Source: Candidatus Undinarchaeota archaeon (lineage in GTDB: Archaea; SpSt-1190; JASMDC01). From it: 64,000 bases of DNA. Each line of letters begins with the position of its first letter. The first letter of the stretch is position 1. The DNA lies in assembly GCA_964519305.1 (NCBI GenBank), contig CAZFHY010000009.1, positions 32,001 to 96,000 on the forward strand, written 5' to 3'. Under the pieces are notes generated by a model. It was not told the DNA's origin, made no database searches, and saw only the letters and a list, made by a program, of their open reading frames with translations. Positions 46,634 to 54,581 of this stretch are shown here, piece after piece. The position numbers were made by a program, and so were the translations under genes.

Positions 46634-47668
46634 CTACTCCAGGTCACCGCGCAAGAGCTCCTTGATCTCGTTGCGCTCATGCCGTGCCTGCTGTAGCGAT
46701 TCGGGAACCCTGAGAAGGTGGTCCATGGACATACCCTTGTAGAAGTATCCGCCCACATCCTCGTCAGGAGCGAGCTTCTCCTTGTGGGAGACAGCATACG
46801 AGAGGTTGTGGAGGTAGTCCTTCCCGAGACAGACCGCATACTTCGGGACGTTGAACAGTAGGCGCCATCGCATGCCACCCTTCACGTCGTTGTCCGTCAG
46901 CTTCCGCTTCGCGGCCAGTTGGGCAAGGTTGAAGAACCTCGTCGAGGCGATGCGGCCCAGGGAGTGCAGGACAGGTGAATCATACCACGAACCGCCCCGC
47001 TCTCCTGTGTACTCGTAGATCGGGTTCTCACCGCCCCATACGTGCTTTATCCGCCCCTCTTCCTCGAGACGGTCGAAGGCGGACTGGTAGGAGCTCTTGA
47101 TCTGCTGGAACATCTCACCGTACGTACCGGCCACCTCCATGCGCTCGATGCGTTCGGCCATCTCTGGCAGTGCCAGCACCTTCTTCACGATGGCGGTCTC
47201 GACGATGTCGTTGCGGGTCAGGTAGATGGGGACGTCCTCGTCGAGCCCCTTGGCCAGGTAAGCAACGTCGTCTAGCGCTTTTGTAGCGATCTCATACTTG
47301 TTCTCCACGTCAAGGGATTCAACGTACTCTCCGCCCACGGGCGCCTCGTAGTTGAACATAGTGGTCCCCACGTGCTCCAGGGACAGGCCACGCGCATCGG
47401 TGATGCCCCGCTCGAAACCGTCACGAGTGAGGGCGATCGCATGCACCTCCACGTCGTCGATGTAGAAGGATTCGAACCCGGCCTTGTCCTCGTACCCGTC
47501 CTCGAGAACAACGAAACAGTCGACGTCGGATGCGGGCTTTGCGTATCCGTTGACCCGGGAGCCGTACACAAGGACCGCCTTGGCAGCGTCGCCGTAAAGC
47601 TCACCGATACCGTCAACTGCGCCCTCGATGAGGTCCGCGTTCTCCTCAGGTGTGGCCAGCATGGTCAT
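46634..47668 (-). CDS. Pol-beta-family nucleotidyltransferase domain protein
   Basis: YGSRVNGYAKPASDVD motif; ATG 47668 follows GGAGG. Confidence 0.78.
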   Translation of the reverse strand: MTMLATPEENADLIEGAVDGIGELYGDAAKAVLVYGSRVNGYAKPASDVDCFVVLEDGYEDKAGFESFYIDDVEVHAIALTRDGFERGITDARGLSLEHVGTTMFNYEAPVGGEYVESLDVENKYEIATKALDDVAYLAKGLDEDVPIYLTRNDIVETAIVKKVLALPEMAERIERMEVAGTYGEMFQQIKSSYQSAFDRLEEEGRIKHVWGGENPIYEYTGERGGSWYDSPVLHSLGRIASTRFFNLAQLAAKRKLTDNDVKGGMRWRLLFNVPKYAVCLGKDYLHNLSYAVSHKEKLAPDEDVGGYFYKGMSMDHLLRVPESLQQARHERNEIKELLRGDLE

Positions 47669-47875
47669 CCGCAGGTCCTCCGTCCTACTAGACTGCATTT
47701 GGAGGCAGATCACCCCTATTTAAGTCGTATCTTGGGGCGCAGGTGTGCTGTTTTGTGTCACGTTCCGCTGCGGCTCTTCCATGTGCCGCAAGGGGTCCAG
47801 AATTAGGTCCGGCCACTGGCCGGTTCGGTCCCATCATTACCGAGGGCGGGAGGCCGTCCACCTTCAGGTGGAGCC

Positions 47876-48091
47876 TCACTCCCGCCGCTCGCGTGCCCTA
47901 CGGTTTATCGTCGTGTTGTGGATACGGGTGAGGTATCCGGCAACCTTATTGCGCAGCTTGGATGTCGGGAAGGTAAGAAGTTCTTCCGCCATCTGCTTGT
48001 TCTTGTAGAAGTCACTTGAGAACACTTCAGGGTGGTCCTCATAGAGCTTACCTGCTACGCGCTTTACGAGCGTTGTGCGAATTCGTCCCAG
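47876..48091 (-). CDS. rps17e: 30S ribosomal protein S17e (eS17); apparent CTG start
   Basis: Not in the ORF track. Translation (M)GRIRTTLVKR...F..DF..NK...SKLRNKVAGY.T is the S17e signature. Confidence 0.93.
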   Translation of the reverse strand: MGRIRTTLVKRVAGKLYEDHPEVFSSDFYKNKQMAEELLTFPTSKLRNKVAGYLTRIHNTTINRRARERRE

Positions 48092-48110
48092 TCATTTCAC
48101 CTCCTTTTCA

Positions 48111-48611
48111 TCATATCGTGTCCAGCTCGATGAGCTGAGGCTCCATGGAGCCAAGGTCGACTATCATTACCGTAGGGACACCCGTGAGGTACGGGCAGGT
48201 CTCTCCGGGATTGACCAGCAGGGTGTCGTCCCGCTGGATGATCTCATGCTTGTGGGTGTGGCCGCGCACGACCAGGTCGTAGTTACCGGATGAGAGCACG
48301 GCGGATACAAGCTTGGGGCTCTCGCCGTGGAGCATGGCGACCCGGCGGTTGGCCAGCTCTAGGTCGGCGAACCTCCCGTGGAAGGTGGCGATCCCATCGA
48401 ACTTCTTGGTGAGGAAGGGTATGTCGCCGTCGTTGTTCCCGAACACCGCGGCCATGGGCGGTTTGAGCTCCCTGAAGGCGCGTGCGGTGAACGGGGAGAC
48501 GAGGTCACCGGCGTGGAGCACGTACTCCACGTCCTCCCGGTTGAAGGTGGCCACAGCGGACTCGATGAAGTCGATGTTATCATGCGAGTCGGACATCACT
48601 CCGATCCTCAT
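48111..48611 (-). CDS. Metallophosphoesterase (YfcE/MJ0936 family)
   Basis: SDSH, HAGD, GNND, HG, GHTH and NPG. Confidence 0.93.
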   Translation of the reverse strand: MRIGVMSDSHDNIDFIESAVATFNREDVEYVLHAGDLVSPFTARAFRELKPPMAAVFGNNDGDIPFLTKKFDGIATFHGRFADLELANRRVAMLHGESPKLVSAVLSSGNYDLVVRGHTHKHEIIQRDDTLLVNPGETCPYLTGVPTVMIVDLGSMEPQLIELDTI

Positions 48612-48640
48612 GCAATACACCTCCTGTCATGTACCATGGT

Positions 48641-49888
48641 CTACACCGAGTTCTCCAGGATGCGGATGAAGGCGGGGCGAGATACGAGCACGCTGACGAG
48701 CACCCCGAGGATGGTCGTGATGGCGAAGCCCTTCACAGCGCCCAGACCGACGAAGGTCAATGGCACCATCGCGCAGATGGTAGTGGAGGCGGCGGCGAAG
48801 ATGATGAAGAACGCACGCTTGATGCGCGCCCGCCAGCCGTACACACGCTTCGTGTCCACGTCGCCCCGAATCATGGTGTCAGCGATGATGACCTGGTGGT
48901 CCACACCGGTCCCCACCGCGGCGATGATGCCAGCGATGGCGGCCAGGTCGATCTGCCAGTGGATGAGCGAGGCCATCCCGAGGATGAGGATTATCTCCGA
49001 GGTGGAGGTGAAGAGGATGGAACCGACCATGTAGGGCTCCCGGTACTTGACGATGAGGACGCACGCCACTCCGAGCAGTGCGACGAGGCCCGAGACCACG
49101 GATTGCTGCTTGAAGTCGGAACCGAGCTTGGGCGACACGTCGTTGATGGTCACGATGGATAGCTTGGTCGGTAACGCACCGGTAGACAGCACTGCCTGGA
49201 GGTAACGCATCTCGGAGAGCGCCTCCTCGCGGCTGGACGACGAGCCCTCGATACGGGCCTCGGTCGCTGGCTTGCACGCCATGCCCGACGCGATGCGGAG
49301 GTCTGACTTGACCACATCGTCCACCCTCAGGACCAGGTTGCACGCGGGCTCCAGGTACTCGCCTGTGGGATCGCGGGTGCAGTTGCACGTGGCGTCGGCG
49401 AACTTCCGCGCCTCATCGAAGTGCATCTCCACAGAGAACCAGAAGCGGAATACGTTCTCGCTCACCTGCGAGGTCCCGCTGCGCTGGGCATCGGTGAAAA
49501 CGCGCTTGGTCTTTGTGAAGATTGTCTTGTTGCGGATCTGGCCCTCGAACTTGCCCTCTGCTTCGAGGTACCGTTCCGCCTCGGTGCGGTTCACACCGGC
49601 GAAGTCGATTATGATATACGAATTGCCCGAGAGCACATCGCTGACCACGCGGGTCGTCACGTCCTTAAGGGCGATGCGGTTGATACGCTGGTTGATGACG
49701 TTCCGTGCCGTCTCCAGGACGTCGGGGCCCACGGTGGCGTTGGGGGCCATGACGACGCGGACACCGCCCGAGATGTCGAGCCCGGTGTCGATACCACGGA
49801 ACACGACGAGCGTGATGGACGCGATGAGGATGATCACGAGCAGGAGCACTTGAGGCTCCTTCAGGATCTTCTCGAAGTCCGGTTTCAT
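48641..49888 (-). CDS. secD: Protein translocase subunit SecD
   Basis: GLD..GG, L..GALP, P.LG..F, IAGIIA.VGTGVDHQ.II.D and GFAITTILG. Confidence 0.92.
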   Translation of the reverse strand: MKPDFEKILKEPQVLLLVIILIASITLVVFRGIDTGLDISGGVRVVMAPNATVGPDVLETARNVINQRINRIALKDVTTRVVSDVLSGNSYIIIDFAGVNRTEAERYLEAEGKFEGQIRNKTIFTKTKRVFTDAQRSGTSQVSENVFRFWFSVEMHFDEARKFADATCNCTRDPTGEYLEPACNLVLRVDDVVKSDLRIASGMACKPATEARIEGSSSSREEALSEMRYLQAVLSTGALPTKLSIVTINDVSPKLGSDFKQQSVVSGLVALLGVACVLIVKYREPYMVGSILFTSTSEIILILGMASLIHWQIDLAAIAGIIAAVGTGVDHQVIIADTMIRGDVDTKRVYGWRARIKRAFFIIFAAASTTICAMVPLTFVGLGAVKGFAITTILGVLVSVLVSRPAFIRILENSV

Positions 49889-50856
49889 TCGTCCACCCCC
49901 TCAAGTCGCCACTTGATGATGCCAGCGTTCTGGATCCAAGTGTTGATGACGTCGACGCTGATACCCAGAAGGAGCACTGTGGCGATCTCCTGTAGTACAG
50001 CGGCGTTGGATAGCAGGAGGATGGCGGTCACTGCGGCGATGGTAGTGGCCTCCATGGTGAGTCCTGTCATCATGGCGTCGAATATCCGATCGACGATACG
50101 ACCCTCGCGACGCTTGAGTATGCGGGTAGTAAGGAGGATGTCCGAGTCAACGGAATAACCGATGAGCATCAGAAGCGCGGCGATGGTGGGCATCGAAAGC
50201 TTGATGCCCAATAGAGACATGAGCGCGTAGCTCTCCACTATATCGGAGAAGGCCGCGAGCATCACTGCCCCGGAGATGACGGGCTCACGGAAGAGTAGCG
50301 CGATAACAGCCCCCATGAGGACGAATGCAATCAATACTGCACGCTGTGCACCGGCGAAGGTGGACGCACTGATGGACGGATTGACCTGGTGGATGCTGTA
50401 GCTCCCGGTATCAATGTCTATGTTCAGCTGCTTCCCCAGTTCGGCCAGTATGGCATCCTTGTCGGGATCGCCCCCGACCTCGACCGCCACCTGGGTCTCG
50501 CCAGTGAGCGCGTTCTTGAGGACACGCAGCCGGATGTCCGAGCCGAAGCGACTTTGGAGCGCGCTCTCCAGCGTATTGGCGTTGACAGCAATATCGGTCT
50601 GGATGACTATCGAAAGTCCACCCTTGAGATCTATGTCCTGCTCGGGCGGCATGGTGAATGCTATGACGAGAGCAATTGCGAGCATGGCGAAGGGGAGGAT
50701 CATGAGCGTCTTGTAGTTCTTGTCGTAGTATTCTCTGAATTCGGCGATCTTAGGATGGAGCTCCTCCTTGGTCGTCTCTTCCTCGACCTTCTTTTTTTGG
50801 ACCTTCTTAGGGACTTTGTCCTTCTTCCGGCCCTTGCTCTTCTTCTTGTCCGCCAT
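49885..50856 (-). CDS. secF: Protein translocase subunit SecF
   Basis: IDLKGG, FR.P..S, AALLMLIGYSVDSDILLT and D..NTW..NA. Confidence 0.93.
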   Translation of the reverse strand: MADKKKSKGRKKDKVPKKVQKKKVEEETTKEELHPKIAEFREYYDKNYKTLMILPFAMLAIALVIAFTMPPEQDIDLKGGLSIVIQTDIAVNANTLESALQSRFGSDIRLRVLKNALTGETQVAVEVGGDPDKDAILAELGKQLNIDIDTGSYSIHQVNPSISASTFAGAQRAVLIAFVLMGAVIALLFREPVISGAVMLAAFSDIVESYALMSLLGIKLSMPTIAALLMLIGYSVDSDILLTTRILKRREGRIVDRIFDAMMTGLTMEATTIAAVTAILLLSNAAVLQEIATVLLLGISVDVINTWIQNAGIIKWRLEGVDE

Positions 50857-50922
50857 GCGCTCGCCGCCTTCCAAAATGCTTTTCAATCTGGCCCCCTAAG
50901 AGGGGACTAGGTGGGATGGCCG

Positions 50923-51519
50923 ATGCCTGATATTTATAAAGCTAACCGAAACGTGTTCGCGCTCTCAAGAAGGTTCCGTCGGTCGGGTAATGTGGCCTCA
51001 CCGATGGACTTCGGGATTATTGTCGCCGTCACAGGAGTCGGGCGCGGCTGGCGCGTGCTCGAGGCGGGATGCGGTTCCGGATTCCTGACCTCCTTCCTCT
51101 CGGACTATGTCGGTCCGGAAGGGTCCATTTTGACCTATGAGGTACGCGAGGAGGCCGTGCGCATCGCCCGATCCAACCTCGCGATAGCCGGCGCTGATAA
51201 CGTGGAGCTCGTGGAGGGGCCCCTGAGCGTAGAAGGGCACGAGCAGCCCTTCGACCTTGTCTGCCTCGACATGCGTGACGCGGACGCGGTCCTCCCGGAA
51301 GTCACGGGAGTGGTGAAGAAAGGGGGCTGGGTGTTCGTGTACTCGCCCTTCATGGAACAGGTCGCTGCCGTTCATCGGGCGGCTGGTGACCTCCCCCTCA
51401 AGAACATCGTCACTTATGAGCCGCTCGTACGCGAGATGCATGTTGACGACAGGGGTACTCGCGGTCGGACCCAGTTCCTCGGACAGGCCAGGTTCCTGAC
51501 CTTCGCCCAAAAGGCATAG
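50923..51519 (+). CDS. trmI: tRNA (adenine-N1)-methyltransferase (TrmI-like), short form
   Basis: VLEAGCGSG.L, YE.RE, D...LD, YSP..EQV and R. Confidence 0.78.
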   Translation: MPDIYKANRNVFALSRRFRRSGNVASPMDFGIIVAVTGVGRGWRVLEAGCGSGFLTSFLSDYVGPEGSILTYEVREEAVRIARSNLAIAGADNVELVEGPLSVEGHEQPFDLVCLDMRDADAVLPEVTGVVKKGGWVFVYSPFMEQVAAVHRAAGDLPLKNIVTYEPLVREMHVDDRGTRGRTQFLGQARFLTFAQKA

Positions 51520-51551
51520 GTTTTTTCAAGTTTGACGACATAGTTGCTAAC

Positions 51552-51962
51552 ATGCCGGGCAAAGGGAGCAAGAAGAAGAGTACTAAGGAGAAGGAGGAGA
51601 AGTCCGTGCGAAAGGAGAAGCTCGTCGAGAAAAAGGAAGAGACGGAGGCCGCTCCCGCCAAGAAAGAGGTCGAGGTAAAGGAAGCTGAGGTCGAGCTTCC
51701 GCCCGTCCCTCACCCAAAGAAGCGCAGGCCGATATCCACCTGGCAGAAGCCGGAGATCCTGGGTCTAGGATTCGGATTGTGCGCGCTTGGACTCGCTATC
51801 GTGATCGTGTACTATTCCTATATTATCGAGAAGGGCGTGGACTGGAGCATTGCCCACTTCGGTACCGAGTTCTACCACTTCTCCGTGCTGGGGATCTTCC
51901 TCATGGTCACAGGATCCATGTTCTTAGGAATGTACTTCGCGACGCCCAAGGAGTTCATGTAG
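51552..51962 (+). CDS. Hypothetical membrane protein with a Lys/Glu-rich N-terminus
   Basis: Charged N-terminal region and two TM helices. Confidence 0.7.
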   Translation: MPGKGSKKKSTKEKEEKSVRKEKLVEKKEETEAAPAKKEVEVKEAEVELPPVPHPKKRRPISTWQKPEILGLGFGLCALGLAIVIVYYSYIIEKGVDWSIAHFGTEFYHFSVLGIFLMVTGSMFLGMYFATPKEFM

Positions 51963-52054
51963 ACAGATCCTCACAATTATGAGACATATCTCTCGTCAGC
52001 GTGAGCTGCATTTCTATCCGATCAATAAGTGACGATCGATAGAAGGCAGGTTAT

Positions 52055-52080
52055 TGCGGGGGAGCGTAAGCCCCCCCGCA
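52055..52080 (-). terminator. GC hairpin directly 3' of tRNA-Lys
   Basis: Minus strand TGCGGGGGGGC-TTAC-GCTCCCCCGCA. Confidence 0.5.
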
Positions 52081-52212
52081 TGGGCCCGACGGGATTTGAA
52101 CCCGCGACAAACAGGTGTCTCCATCTCATTGCCAAGTGGCTCGAAACACCCGATTTCGGGATGCCGCAGTGGCTTAAGAGCCTGCCGCTCTGCCAGACTG
52201 AGCTACGGGCCC
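52081..52212 (-). tRNA. tRNA-Lys(CTT) with a 58-nt intron at position 37/38 (intron about 52117-52174)
   Basis: GGGCCCG acceptor stem, GCAGG-CTCTTA / ACCTGT anticodon arm split by an insert, TTCAAAT T-loop. Anticodon-loop CTCT pairs with intron GGAG, flanked by 3-nt bulges. Confidence 0.9.
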
Positions 52213-52239
52213 GCTGGATTACCTATGCGGGACCTGGCC

Positions 52240-52425
52240 CTACCAGAGCCGGATCCGGTTGAATTGCTTTCTTTGCCAGTTGTACCTTCGGATTCGCGAG
52301 GTGGCGCCATACCCGCAGGCCGAGCAGCGTTTCTTCACTCGATGGTACGAGTGCCTGCCGCAGCGCCTGCACGGGAGGTGCATCGCCTTCTGGTGCTTAC
52401 CGAAGGATGGTGTACCTTTGCTCAT
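52240..52425 (-). CDS. rpl37e: 50S ribosomal protein L37e (eL37)
   Basis: KGTPSFGK, CRRCG..SYH....C..CG.G and R.YNW. Confidence 0.97.
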   Translation of the reverse strand: MSKGTPSFGKHQKAMHLPCRRCGRHSYHRVKKRCSACGYGATSRIRRYNWQRKQFNRIRLW

Positions 52426-52655
52426 GCTCCCACCTCAGGTGATACGATGAGGACATTATCCCCACGGATGAGGACCCGCCCCAGACGTCGTATCTTTTTT
52501 CCTTCGTTCTGTTCCTCGGTGTTATCGAGGACAAGGTTGATGTGAATATCGAACGCCTGCAACTCACCGACGTACGAGGTGCCATTCTTCAGCTCCACGA
52601 ACACCCGTTTTCCCTTCGCGGCATTGAGTGCGTCCAAGGGTCGCTGTACGTTCAT
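52422..52655 (-). CDS. Sm-like (SmAP/Lsm) RNA-binding protein
   Basis: RP.D.L, G.L..FD.H.NLVL and IRGDNV; canonical linkage to rpl37e. Confidence 0.95.
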   Translation of the reverse strand: MNVQRPLDALNAAKGKRVFVELKNGTSYVGELQAFDIHINLVLDNTEEQNEGKKIRRLGRVLIRGDNVLIVSPEVGA

Positions 52656-52707
52656 AAATTCACCCTCTATTTCGTCCTCGACACGACCTGCTTTTTTTAA
52701 ACCTATC

Positions 52708-53088
52708 CTATTGGACGAGCACGGCGTTCAGGATGCCGTGCTGGCCAGGTCGGCTGGTGACACGCGCCTTACCGGCCTCGGTCTCGATGATGGCGCCCTT
52801 CGTGATTATACCGCGTCGCACGTAGTGCGGGTTCGCGGTGTTCTCTACCACGCTGGTGACCTTGACATGCTTCTGGACCTTCTTCTTGGGATCGAACAGG
52901 TTCACGAGCTCGTCAGAGAGGAGCCGGAACTTCTGGTTTCCCCCGAGACATTGGATCTTCTTAACGCGGCGGGATCCTATCTTGGTCTCGAGGTGTGCCC
53001 GCCCTAGGTCGAATTTGCGATGTTTGCGGGCTCGCACGATGCGTTTCCCCGTAATTTTCCTTCTTGAGAATCCCTGCCAGACAGCCAT
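52708..53088 (-). CDS. rps8e: 30S ribosomal protein S8e (eS8)
   Basis: WQG.S.RK.TG, GGN.K, N.AN..Y.RR.IITKG and VTSRPGQ.G. Confidence 0.97.
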   Translation of the reverse strand: MAVWQGFSRRKITGKRIVRARKHRKFDLGRAHLETKIGSRRVKKIQCLGGNQKFRLLSDELVNLFDPKKKVQKHVKVTSVVENTANPHYVRRGIITKGAIIETEAGKARVTSRPGQHGILNAVLVQ

Positions 53089-53211
53089 TTGTGATGCCTC
53101 TGTTCTGCTACTCCAATAGAAGATGCTAAAAACCTTTCGACTTCCGGGCCGGCTTATTAAATATTTTGCGAACGATTTATAAACCATGAAAGCACCGTTC
53201 CCCCTAAGAAC

Positions 53212-54171
53212 ATGGCCGAAGAGGGCAAACTCCGGAAGCAGGAGATAACCGAGTGCCCCGAGTGCGGGAGCAGGGACCTCTACCGCGACGAGGACCGTGG
53301 CGAAGTCGTCTGCGCCGGTTGCGGGCTGGTCATCGAGGAGTCCATGGTGGACACCTCACAAGAATGGCGCGAGTTCGACCATGAGCAAGCCTCCAAGCGC
53401 CGACGTACTGGAGCTCCACTATCGGCCGCACGACACGACCGCGGGCTCACGACAGACATCGGTAAAGGCATCAGCGAGATCTACTCCGCTCTCCCAGCCG
53501 GCAAGCGTGCCCAGTACATGCGTCTGCGCAAGTGGCAGAGCCGCATGGTCAGCGCCACGGAGCGCAACCTCCGCTTCGCTTTATCGGAACTGAAGCGTTA
53601 CTCTTCCTATCTCAATCTCCCGACGAACATCGAGGAGACCACCGCTATCCTCTACCGTAAGGCCGTGAGCAAGGGTCTGGTGCGGGGAAGGTCCATGGAG
53701 AGCGTCATTGCTGGCGCCCTCTATGCCGCGTGCCGCCGCCATAACACTCCGCGCACTCTCGAAGAGATCGCTGAGGTCTCCAAGGTGAGCAAGCGTGACA
53801 TCGGCCGTGCCTACAGGTACCTGGCCAGGGAGCTGGGCCTGCGTATCCTTCCTACCAAACCCGAGGACTATATCCCCCGGTTCGCTTCCGAGCTGGGCCT
53901 CTCGGGCGAGGTGCAGGCGACCGCCATAGAGATCATCAAGCAGGCGGAGGCAAACGAGCTAATCTCGGGCAAGGGTCCCACGGGCATCGCCGCCGCCACC
54001 CTCTATCTGGCATCCCAGATCGTCGGGGAGCGACGCACCCAGCGTCAGGTCGCAGAGGTCGCAGGTGTCACCGAGGTAACGATCCGGAACCGGTGCAAGG
54101 ACCTTATCGAGCGCCTCACACTCGAGGTACCCTCCGGCCGCCGAGGTCGACGGCGACGGAAGCGCGAGTAG
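53212..54171 (+). CDS. tfb: Transcription initiation factor IIB
   Basis: Zn ribbon CPECG...C..CG, EWR.F, RTGAP, ERNL..AL, two cyclin repeats and VTEVTIRNR. Confidence 0.97.
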   Translation: MAEEGKLRKQEITECPECGSRDLYRDEDRGEVVCAGCGLVIEESMVDTSQEWREFDHEQASKRRRTGAPLSAARHDRGLTTDIGKGISEIYSALPAGKRAQYMRLRKWQSRMVSATERNLRFALSELKRYSSYLNLPTNIEETTAILYRKAVSKGLVRGRSMESVIAGALYAACRRHNTPRTLEEIAEVSKVSKRDIGRAYRYLARELGLRILPTKPEDYIPRFASELGLSGEVQATAIEIIKQAEANELISGKGPTGIAAATLYLASQIVGERRTQRQVAEVAGVTEVTIRNRCKDLIERLTLEVPSGRRGRRRRKRE

Positions 54172-54282
54172 CCCGTCACGGACAATCGAGAATCCCTTCT
54201 TCATGACCGATTTCTGTAGACGTGGTGATTACTGAATTAAGATTCAGTAACGATTTCATTTCCCCTACAAGGGCGCACATCC

Positions 54283-54417
54283 CTACCCGAAGACGTTGTC
54301 CCTGTCGAGCTTTACCATGGCCTTGTTGATGCGCGACAGCTCATACCAGACATAGAACCCGATAACGAAATAGATCCACTGTGTGTACAGCAGAGCATCG
54401 GCCGTTGTGTCGATCAC
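54283..54417 (-). CDS. 44-aa single-TM micro-protein
   Basis: MIDTTADALLYTQWIYFVIGFYVWYELSRINKAMVKLDRDNVFG; its GTG overlaps the stop of the upstream peptide (GTGA coupling). Confidence 0.65.
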   Translation of the reverse strand: MIDTTADALLYTQWIYFVIGFYVWYELSRINKAMVKLDRDNVFG

Positions 54418-54557
54418 TCGTCACCGCCATCCTTTCCACTCTTCACTGCGAGCTCTTCGACCGCCTGGCGGAGCCGTCGCACCTCGTAGCATAGAAGGGC
54501 ACCGAAGATGGCCAGTGGCACCTGACTGATTATGACCGATTCCGGTGTCGTTAGCAT
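54414..54557 (-). CDS. 47-aa single-TM micro-protein
   Basis: MLTTPESVIISQVPLAIFGALLCYEVRRLRQAVEELAVKSGKDGGDE; GGAGTGA RBS-like sequence upstream. Confidence 0.65.
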   Translation of the reverse strand: MLTTPESVIISQVPLAIFGALLCYEVRRLRQAVEELAVKSGKDGGDE

Positions 54558-54581
54558 GTTCGTCACTCCGTTGGATTATCC

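Noticed and set aside
47836-47878. Selenocysteine read-through of the rps17e TGA (a second in-frame TGA and hairpins follow)
   Set aside because: S17e is already full length, the extension is not protein-like, and no convincing archaeal SECIS is present.
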